Source: a virus
Length of the DNA: 6,048 bases
Reading direction: 5' to 3' (one strand)
IMG/VR virus record: IMGVR_UViG_3300023493_000082
Location: 1-6,048 of that record
Shown: positions 1-5,070 of the stretch, in pieces
Layout of the letters: the number at the start of each line of letters is the position of its first letter
Numbering within the stretch: position 1 is the first letter of the stretch
Program-made: the position numbers and the translations under genes
Notes under the pieces: model-generated
Told to the model about the DNA's origin: nothing
What the model saw: the letters and a program-made list of their open reading frames with translations, nothing else
The model's database searches: none

Positions 1-35
1 TACATATCTGAATCTTTCGTCTGTACACACAGGCG
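1..35. repeat. Terminal redundancy, copy 1 (identical to 6014..6048); marks closure of a 6013-nt circle
   Basis: Direct reading: tacatatctgaatctttcgtctgtacacacaggcg occurs at 1..35 and again at 6014..6048. A reading frame stays open across the join. Confidence 0.95.
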
Positions 36-102
36 GATTCCACCTATTCTTTCGACTAGGCAGGAACCGCTTGTTGAGTACTTTTTTGGTAAAATAACAC
101 AT
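1..102 (-). CDS. VP4: 5' (N-terminal) segment of the replication initiator gene, joined to 5075..6048 across the circular junction; start ATG at 102..100
   Basis: Hand translation of the minus strand from 102: ATG TGT TAT TTT ACC AAA AAA GTA CTC AAC AAG CGG TTC CTG CCT AGT CGA AAG AAT AGG TGG AAT CCG CCT GTG TGT ACA GAC. This gives MCYFTKKVLNKRFLPSRKNRWNPPVCTD with no stop, in frame with the ORF listed at 5075..6043. Only 36..102 is unique sequence; 1..35 duplicates 6014..6048. Confidence 0.7.
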   Translation of the reverse strand, partial: MCYFTKKVLNKRFLPSRKNRWNPPVCTDERFRYV

Positions 103-1166
103 TACTTGATCTTTTTTGATATTTTTTCGACTAGTGCTTGTGCTTGTTTGAATTTACTTATTGCCCCTATAATGTCCGAGACTTGGTTTATTCCCCCATA
201 TATCCATTCTCTGAGGTTTTTTTCATTCTCGTTTTTCAAGTGTCCTTTCCCCAGCTCGTAGTCTTTTGCAATTTTGTCTACCATTGCTTTTGCTTGCTCT
301 TTTGCAGCTTCGGCTGTCATTCTTCTTGTTATCATTTCGTAATAGAAATTCTCCACTTCTCTTTGGATTTTTCTTGCAGTATTGTAGTTTACATCTACGA
401 TTGAGTCTTGCACAGCTCCTTCTTTCTGAATTAGTGCTACCTCTGATACTAGTTTTACAACTCTTTCTTCTTGGGTTTTATCCAGATACTCTGTGTTTAA
501 CACTTCTTGTTTCCATAATTCGATTGCTTTTTTTGCATTAGCTGCCGCTTCTGTTGCATTGCTTCCTGCGATATCCTCTTTGCTTAGTTGGATTCTATTC
601 TCAACTTCTTGCCATTTATTGCTCAGTTTTTGCCCTTCGGTGTCTACTCCTGCGATTTTATTGGCTTCAGCTATAGTTTTTGTTGCTTCTGCATTTGCGA
701 GTCGATTTTGGGCTTCTATTTGCTTCAATTGTAATCCTAGTGATTGTTGTTGTAGTGCTACTTCAACCGGATTGGTTCTTGGTCCGCTTGGTTGAGTTGA
801 GCTTCCTCCCGCTGTGCTTGCCGCTTGTCCTCCTCCGTTGCCATACATAAGACCCACGCTTAGTCCTGCACCTTCCATTTCGGCCCTTTGTGCTCCATAA
901 TTCGTATCTTTCCACATTTGCAGATTTCGCTTGTATTCTGCATCTGCTGCTTGTTGCCCGTAATTATATTGCAGACCCATCCCTTCTTTTTCATACTCCC
1001 ATGCTTGTTGCATTAGTTTTTGTTGGTCTTTGAGTTTGTTATTGCCTTTATTAAATAGACCGCCTAGTAGTCCTAGACCACCGCTGACTATTGATCCGAC
1101 TCCTCCGGTTACAGCACCTGCTAATCCTGAGCTTGCTGCTCCTGCTAATGTTGCTCCTAATCCCAT
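102..1166 (-). CDS. VP2: Microviridae minor capsid / DNA pilot protein (VP2, functional analogue of phiX174 H)
   Basis: 354 aa. The N-terminus is Gly/Ala/Ser-rich and hydrophobic (MGLGATLAGAASSGLAGAVTGGVGSIVSGGLGLLGG). NYGAQRAEMEGAGLSVGLMYG (840..902) resembles the YQR...AGLNP motif I recall from gokushovirus VP2. A low-complexity GGGQAASTAGGSS linker is followed by a long Q/E/K/A-rich, helical, coiled-coil-like C-terminal half. The position next to Rep also fits. Confidence 0.8.
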   Translation of the reverse strand: MGLGATLAGAASSGLAGAVTGGVGSIVSGGLGLLGGLFNKGNNKLKDQQKLMQQAWEYEKEGMGLQYNYGQQAADAEYKRNLQMWKDTNYGAQRAEMEGAGLSVGLMYGNGGGQAASTAGGSSTQPSGPRTNPVEVALQQQSLGLQLKQIEAQNRLANAEATKTIAEANKIAGVDTEGQKLSNKWQEVENRIQLSKEDIAGSNATEAAANAKKAIELWKQEVLNTEYLDKTQEERVVKLVSEVALIQKEGAVQDSIVDVNYNTARKIQREVENFYYEMITRRMTAEAAKEQAKAMVDKIAKDYELGKGHLKNENEKNLREWIYGGINQVSDIIGAISKFKQAQALVEKISKKIK

Positions 1167-1226
1167 AATAATTAATTTTTACATTCTTCGCGCTTACTTT
1201 TGAAGAAGCGTCCACCTATATTTACT

Positions 1227-1235
1227 TGATATAAT
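1227..1235 (+). promoter_or_regulatory. Extended -10-like element TGaTATAAT on the non-coding (plus) strand
   Basis: TG at 1227..1228 and TATAAT at 1230..1235. No convincing -35. It points toward the hairpin and T6 at 1273..1303. It is functional only if the host uses sigma70-type -10 boxes. Confidence 0.2.
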
Positions 1236-1267
1236 ATGCTATATGCGTACTGCGCTTTTTTGGCTTT

Positions 1268-1303
1268 AAAAAGCGGACATAAATATTTACATCCGCCTTT
1301 TTT
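1268..1303. terminator. Bidirectional intrinsic-terminator-like hairpin in the VP3-like/VP2 intergenic region
   Basis: gcgga (1273..1277) pairs with tccgc (1292..1296). An inner taa/tta extension pairs 1280..1282 with 1287..1289. The hairpin is flanked by A5 (1268..1272) and, after one C, T6 (1298..1303). Both transcription directions therefore read stem then U-run. The stem is only 5 GC-rich bp, so it is weak or partial. Confidence 0.45.
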
Positions 1304-1331
1304 CGCATATAGTGTTCGTAGTCGTACCCGA

Positions 1332-1670
1332 CTAGTTGTCTCTAGTTGGATTTGGTTCAGTTACTCCTCCTTCGGGTTGCCCTTCTTCTGCCTTTGGCAT
1401 TTCGGCATCTCCCTTTTTGAGGTATTCATTCAATTTGTAGTTATTAACTCTATCCATTGCATCCATGGCTAAAGCCCATTTGTCCGTACGTACGTTGCAA
1501 TCATCTCTTACTCCTGCTTGTTTAGGCGTATAGATCATAGGAGCTCCGTCGGTTAGCGGTTCGTTTTCGTCGAGAATTCTTTGGATTTTTTTGATCAAGG
1601 TTTCACCCGTTTCTGTCATCTCGATCATTCCCTTGAAGCTATTTACTCTTATTTTGTTAATTCTTTTCAT
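1332..1670 (-). CDS. Small protein between VP1 and VP2; putative internal scaffolding protein (VP3-like)
   Basis: 112 aa. It starts 2 nt after the VP1 stop. The core EPLTDGAPMIYTPKQAGVRDDCNVRTDKWALAMDAMDRV resembles a motif (DGAP.IYTER.DGV...DIRTDR) I recall from gut microviruses. The C-terminal tail is acidic and Pro/Gly-rich. The functional label is inference from position and size. Confidence 0.55.
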   Translation of the reverse strand: MKRINKIRVNSFKGMIEMTETGETLIKKIQRILDENEPLTDGAPMIYTPKQAGVRDDCNVRTDKWALAMDAMDRVNNYKLNEYLKKGDAEMPKAEEGQPEGGVTEPNPTRDN

Positions 1671-1672
1671 GA

Positions 1673-3622
1673 TTATAAGTATGGAATTTGTTTAGCACTA
1701 TAGTTACCTCGTCTCGTTGCCTGTACCACTGTTTGCACCCAGAAGTTTTGGCTGTCTAAATTTGTATCTGCAAAGATCTCGATGTATTTTTGTGGATCAA
1801 TGTATGTGGTCAGATCATCGATTGTATACTTTTCTGATACATCGTAACGTCTGTTTAATACCATGAAATCTAATGCTCCTCCGACTGCAAAATCTCCGAA
1901 CGTGCGGTTATAGTTAGTCATGTAGTCAATCCATGCTACTGTTTTGTTTGCAGATAGATGTTTTAGTTTAGCAACCTCTGCTCCTCCTTCGTATGTCGAT
2001 GTTTCTCCAACCATTTGTTCTTGGATCAAGTCTTGATAACCGATTCCGTCAAGTGCCGGTTTGTGTAGGTCGTCAATTGTTTGTAAATTTAGGTCAAAGT
2101 CATTACCTTGTGAGTAATCTATCATTGGCGTGATAGCCATCAGTCCCATGATATATCCTGGTTCTTCGCATTGATAGTGTATGTGCCCGTTATTTATTGG
2201 TTTACCTCCTCTTCCGATTGCCGCGATATCTCCTAGTGGCTGACTGCCGTATGCTGTTTCTGTTGCACTTTTTGATATCACTTCGTCGAATTCGATATAT
2301 TGTGTCATACCTCCGATAAACACAGGTGTTTCGGGTCTGTCAAGGTATTTGCCTGCTGTATATACTGTCTCCAGCCAATCTCGGTATGTACCTCCTGATA
2401 CCGCAATCCTGTTCAACATGTTATATACTTTCTGTTGTAAATTCAGAGCATCCATTGTCAGCTTTCCGTCATTGGCTGTGATGTCGATACTTGTTATCTC
2501 TGAGATACCCCCTGCTCCATCAATCCAATCTGTTTGTACCCAATTGTTAAAAATATCGCTGTCGTATGTTTTTAACAACATTCCTCCTAGCTTGTTTGAT
2601 TGACTGTTTCTTAGTTCTAATATAAACTTTGCCAATTCTGGGCTTCCGTTTTTATCCGCTCCTACGTTTTGCTCTGTAAGGATTAGTTTTTCATTTCCTT
2701 TTTTGTGTAAGATTACGTCTCTGATCTGGTCAAGCAGTTTTAGGTCATATTGGCCTAATCTTGCTTTTGTATATTTTATGATGTTTGTGTCAAATTCTAT
2801 GTTTGTTATATTTGTTAAGAGCGTTGATGCTTTATTTGTAGTGATTGTTTTAGTTGTTGCATCGCTTGTTAGGTCTGCCATTGTCATGACTTTTTCCCCC
2901 CCGTCCTTTGTTCCGGTGACTCTTACGTTTTCCCAATAGAGCTTCCAATTGTCGGCTTCGTCGAATGACCCCACGGATGTAGTGTTGCTTACGGAAACGT
3001 TTATGTTGGCTACTGGAATATCATAGATCTTTGGTCCTACAGATAGTTTTGATAGTCCTCCTCTTATCATGTAGAATTTTTTTTCTTGCGTATTTGCAAA
3101 AAAGTTTTTAAATATGTCTATATACATGAGTAGAGGTATGCCATTTTTTTCTACACCTCCCGTTGCACTACTGCCTGTTCTTTTTGAACCACTCCACCCA
3201 AGATATTTGTATAAAGCTGATGTCGAAATGTTTGTTTTTGCATTTGCGCTTGTTCCGATTGTGTTTGCGACCATCATCGGTAACTTAATGTCTGACATTT
3301 TCATGCCAATCCCTGTTCGGTTGTTATGAAGCCAACTGTTGTATAATCGGAATCCTCCGAAGAACATGAAGTGTTGTAATTTGAATGATCCGAAGAGCGG
3401 TCCTAACGTTGGTTGACTCAGTGTTTTATTGATTAGATTGATGTCGATGATGTCCCCTTTTTGACAGAGTATTTTACAGAATGGCACAAGCATTCCTACG
3501 CCTATTGAACTTCTGAATATCGTTGATATATCATGAGTAGACATGTTATAGTCTTTCATGGCGATCTTCATTTTGTTGTTGTCGCCTAGTGTATTTTTAC
3601 CTAAAGTTTTTACTACTGTCAT
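1673..3622 (-). CDS. VP1: Microviridae major capsid protein (VP1, phiX174 F-like jelly-roll)
   Basis: 649 aa, the largest ORF. Family-typical blocks are present: N-terminal HDISTIFRSSIGVGMLVPF...KGD; TLSQPTLGPLFGSFKLQHFMFFGGFRLY; LNLQQKVYNMLNRIAVSGGTYRDWLETVY...DRPETPVFIGG; and C-terminal NFWVQ...IPYL. Confidence 0.93.
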   Translation of the reverse strand: MTVVKTLGKNTLGDNNKMKIAMKDYNMSTHDISTIFRSSIGVGMLVPFCKILCQKGDIIDINLINKTLSQPTLGPLFGSFKLQHFMFFGGFRLYNSWLHNNRTGIGMKMSDIKLPMMVANTIGTSANAKTNISTSALYKYLGWSGSKRTGSSATGGVEKNGIPLLMYIDIFKNFFANTQEKKFYMIRGGLSKLSVGPKIYDIPVANINVSVSNTTSVGSFDEADNWKLYWENVRVTGTKDGGEKVMTMADLTSDATTKTITTNKASTLLTNITNIEFDTNIIKYTKARLGQYDLKLLDQIRDVILHKKGNEKLILTEQNVGADKNGSPELAKFILELRNSQSNKLGGMLLKTYDSDIFNNWVQTDWIDGAGGISEITSIDITANDGKLTMDALNLQQKVYNMLNRIAVSGGTYRDWLETVYTAGKYLDRPETPVFIGGMTQYIEFDEVISKSATETAYGSQPLGDIAAIGRGGKPINNGHIHYQCEEPGYIMGLMAITPMIDYSQGNDFDLNLQTIDDLHKPALDGIGYQDLIQEQMVGETSTYEGGAEVAKLKHLSANKTVAWIDYMTNYNRTFGDFAVGGALDFMVLNRRYDVSEKYTIDDLTTYIDPQKYIEIFADTNLDSQNFWVQTVVQATRRGNYSAKQIPYL

Positions 3623-3625
3623 AGT

Positions 3626-3859
3626 TTATTCCTCCTCTTTTTTTGATGATTCTTTTTGTTTTTCCTCCCATTGTTCAGCTTCTTTGCAAGCGTAGAACAG
3701 TGCTGCCACTAGATTCCAATCTGTTGCGTCGATTACTTTTTGGGCTTCTTCTTCTGATTTAAATACTTGCTCAGTAGCCAAGTGATTACCAATAGTAATG
3801 ATAACTTCATTTGTTTCTGCGTCTTTTTTTCTGATTTTGAAGGCTTCTTTTAAGTCCAT
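3626..3859 (-). CDS. Hypothetical small acidic protein immediately upstream of VP1
   Basis: 77 aa. The stop lies 3 nt before the VP1 ATG and the start lies 5 nt after the upstream ORF's stop. The C-terminal tail is Glu/Lys-rich (KQKESSKKEEE). I recognise no motif. Confidence 0.6.
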   Translation of the reverse strand: MDLKEAFKIRKKDAETNEVIITIGNHLATEQVFKSEEEAQKVIDATDWNLVAALFYACKEAEQWEEKQKESSKKEEE

Positions 3860-4055
3860 GATTTTTACTTTTTTTGGTTAATATTGATTTTTGTACTGTC
3901 GACCGAACTGGTTGTTGTTTGTTCGGTTTTTTGGGTACTATTTTGATTGTTTTTGGACACTGAGAGCGACATGGTACATGCTGTTGTGAGTATGATCGCC
4001 GCGATGGTAGTAATAAGTGTGCAAATTGCTGTAATAATTGCTTTAATTTGCTCAT
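3807..4055 (-). CDS. Alternative-frame, highly basic ORF overlapping the two neighbouring genes (possibly overprinted, possibly spurious)
   Basis: 82 aa with ATG at 4055..4053. It is very rich in K/R/Q (KKPNKQQPVRS...KKSKNHGLKRSLQNQKKRRRNK). It lies almost entirely inside 3865..4104 and overlaps 3626..3859 by 53 nt. There is no independent support. Confidence 0.25.
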   Translation of the reverse strand: MSKLKQLLQQFAHLLLPSRRSYSQQHVPCRSQCPKTIKIVPKKPNKQQPVRSTVQKSILTKKSKNHGLKRSLQNQKKRRRNK

Positions 4056-4104
4056 TTGTCATTTTCATGTGTTGAATAAATTGAGTTGTTGTTCTTCTAT
4101 CCAT
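3865..4104 (-). CDS. Small membrane-anchored or lipoprotein-like protein; likely start is the internal ATG at 4068..4066
   Basis: 79-aa ORF. The in-frame ATG at 4068..4066 overlaps the upstream ORF's TGA (4067..4065) as ATGA, giving a 67-aa product MKMTNEQIKAIITAICTLITTIAAIILTTAC.... A hydrophobic stretch (3976..4047) ends in a lipobox-like LTTAC. It is followed by a Ser/Thr/Asn/Gln-rich tail. Confidence 0.6.
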   Translation of the reverse strand: MDRRTTTQFIQHMKMTNEQIKAIITAICTLITTIAAIILTTACTMSLSVSKNNQNSTQKTEQTTTSSVDSTKININQKK

Positions 4105-4328
4105 TTTTTGTATTTTTCGATTGCGTTATAAGTTTCAGTACATAATAACCTCCTTTCTTGTTTGATTAACTCATACTCTTTGAGTATTTCGTCTATCGTT
4201 AATTCGTATCCTTTTATTTTTTCGCCTATTCCCATATTGAAGTAGGCGTATGTTTTCATCGCTTTAAAGGAAGCAAATTCTTTATTTTTAAGGACATATT
4301 TACTCCTCTTTTTTGTTTTCTTTTTCAT
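4065..4328 (-). CDS. Hypothetical small protein with a basic N-terminus
   Basis: 87 aa (MKKKTKKRSKYVLKNK...). It overlaps the upstream ORF by 29 nt and the downstream ORF by ATGA. An alternative start at 4259..4257 (MKTYAYF...) would remove the upstream overlap. I recognise no motif. Confidence 0.55.
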   Translation of the reverse strand: MKKKTKKRSKYVLKNKEFASFKAMKTYAYFNMGIGEKIKGYELTIDEILKEYELIKQERRLLCTETYNAIEKYKKWIEEQQLNLFNT

Positions 4329-4509
4329 CTTTTAACAGGATTTTACTTGTTTCTATTACGCATATTAATTCATGTGTATCGCTTTTTCTGTGTGCTTCTT
4401 GCGCGATTGCTAGTGCTTGTTTGTACGTCCATTTTGACGATAGATTAGTTAATACTATTCTTTCTGTCTCCTTGTTTTTTGCGATTACTGTGTAATTTGT
4501 TGCTGCCAT
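4300..4509 (-). CDS. Hypothetical small protein
   Basis: 69 aa. It starts 19 nt after the upstream stop. The C-terminal tail is Lys/Glu-rich. I recognise no motif. Confidence 0.55.
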   Translation of the reverse strand: MAATNYTVIAKNKETERIVLTNLSSKWTYKQALAIAQEAHRKSDTHELICVIETSKILLKDEKENKKEE

Positions 4510-4528
4510 AATTTTTAAATTTTAAATG

Positions 4529-4873
4529 TTAATAACTTATTGATATTATTTCGAAACTATAGTAGGTTTCTTTTAAATATTTTCTTGCTTGTCTTCTCGC
4601 TGCTTCTCTTGATGTTGCCGCGAACCACATTGAATCGATGTCGTAGCGACCGTCTGCGTAAAATAATTTAAATGTGCATTTGAATCTTGGTTTCCAATCG
4701 TTTCTCATAATTTTTCTGTTTTTGTTGTTCCACGTGGAACATGTTATACATCTTGTTTTTTCTAACACTACAAAGATACGTATAATTTCTGATTCTGCAA
4801 ATTTTTCTGTTATCTTATAACTTTCTTTAACGTTTCCATAGCGCGAGCGACAAATAAGGGGTTCTAGGGGCAT
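4529..4873 (-). CDS. Hypothetical protein; the 5' half is doubtful and the real gene may be the 59-aa ORF starting at 4708..4706 (MRNDWKPRF...)
   Basis: 114-aa ORF. Its ATG (4873..4871) sits in the loop of an 8-bp hairpin. Its first ~55 codons contain a full Bacteroides-type promoter match (4771..4801) and a 14-bp palindrome (4727..4740). These fit better as promoter plus 5' UTR for the internal start. Confidence 0.45.
   Translation of the reverse strand: MPLEPLICRSRYGNVKESYKITEKFAESEIIRIFVVLEKTRCITCSTWNNKNRKIMRNDWKPRFKCTFKLFYADGRYDIDSMWFAATSREAARRQARKYLKETYYSFEIISISY
4727..4740. repeat. Perfect 14-bp palindrome gttccacgtggaac
   Basis: Read directly; the sequence is its own reverse complement. 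It lies between the candidate promoter (4771..4801) and the internal ATG at 4708. The sequence is certain; the function is unknown. Confidence 0.6.
4771..4801 (-). promoter_or_regulatory. Candidate Bacteroidetes-type promoter: -33 TTTG, 19-nt spacer, -7 TAtcTTTG
   Basis: The minus strand reads TTTG (4801..4798), then 19 nt (4797..4779), then TATCTTTG (4778..4771). This matches the published Bacteroides consensus TTTG-N19-21-TAnnTTTG. A manual scan for caaaNNta on the plus strand found only one other -7-like hit (5871..5878), and that one has no -33 partner. Confidence 0.5.
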
Positions 4874-4882
4874 ACCCCTAGA
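4863..4882. repeat. Perfect 8-bp-stem hairpin tctagggg-cata-cccctaga
   Basis: 4863..4870 is the reverse complement of 4875..4882, with a 4-nt loop at 4871..4874. It forms the boundary of the GC-rich non-coding region. Confidence 0.8.
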
Positions 4883-4906
4883 GCGTTAGCACCTTGATAT
4901 CGCCAA

Positions 4907-4942
4907 AGGCGCATACCACGATCTTCGATCGGGTACACGCCT
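4907..4942. repeat. Long imperfect hairpin (14 bp in three helices, 3-nt loop)
   Basis: Pairs are 4907-4911/4938-4942, 4914-4917/4932-4935 and 4919-4923/4927-4931. There is a 2x2 internal loop, one bulged A (4918) and a loop ttc (4924..4926). Confidence 0.8.
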
Positions 4943-5034
4943 GTCCTTAAACGGCTTTTGTAGGTAACAAATCTTTACTCTTTAGCTACCCTTACTGCCC
5001 TGTAAAATTAAAATAAAACCTGCTGCATAGTGTA

Positions 5035-5070
5035 GTCCGTTTGTTACGGACCAGACGTTTTCGTGAAACG
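5035..5070. repeat. Two tandem short hairpins directly after the Rep stop codon
   Basis: gtccgt/acggac (5035..5040 with 5046..5051, loop ttgtt) and cgttt/aaacg (5056..5060 with 5066..5070, loop tcgtg). In the sense direction no U-run follows directly; the nearest T-rich run starts about 15 nt beyond the second hairpin. This is therefore not a canonical terminator. Confidence 0.7.

Noticed and set aside
138-795. Three overlapping plus-strand ORFs (138..404, 266..541, 493..795).
   Set aside because: They lie antisense to VP2 and are low-complexity Phe/Leu/Cys/Ser-rich translations. That is the expected shadow of an A-rich gene on the T-rich complementary strand. They have no start context and overlap each other.
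1236-1472. Plus-strand 78-aa ORF starting right after the TATAAT-like box.
   Set aside because: It is mostly antisense to the VP3-like gene and has the same Phe/Leu/Ser-rich shadow composition. It would have to read through the hairpin and T6. Any function here is more plausibly as RNA (see the finding) than as protein.
2349-3329. Plus-strand ORFs 2349..2603, 2703..2939 and 3114..3329.
   Set aside because: All lie antisense within VP1, with shadow-frame composition and no supporting signals.
4313-4495. Plus-strand 60-aa ORF.
   Set aside because: It is antisense to the 69-aa gene and has shadow-frame composition.
3626-4708. A loose shared pattern in three small proteins (beta-like stretch, conserved Trp, Ala/Glu-rich helix), suggesting they are paralogues.
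   Set aside because: By-eye alignment gives only a few identities, and the similarity could reflect composition alone. Profile-profile or structure comparison is needed before claiming any relationship.
4893-4900. CTTGATAT is identical to 8 nt of the phiX174 origin core (CAACTTG^ATATTAATAAC) around the gene A nick site.
   Set aside because: The match is on the window's plus strand, antisense to all genes. Rep must nick the viral (sense) strand, and there only GATAT is shared. The flanking origin sequence does not match. An 8-mer match is within chance for the genome as a whole. It is worth remembering only if nick-site mapping points here.
4909-4915. GCGCATA matches the core of the XerC-binding arm of E. 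coli dif (GGTGCGCATAA), hinting at a dif-like attP.
   Set aside because: Only 7 nt match. No XerD-arm-like sequence (TTATGTTAAAT) follows at a 6-nt spacing. Bacteroidetes dif sequences may differ from the E. coli one. This is not enough to call.
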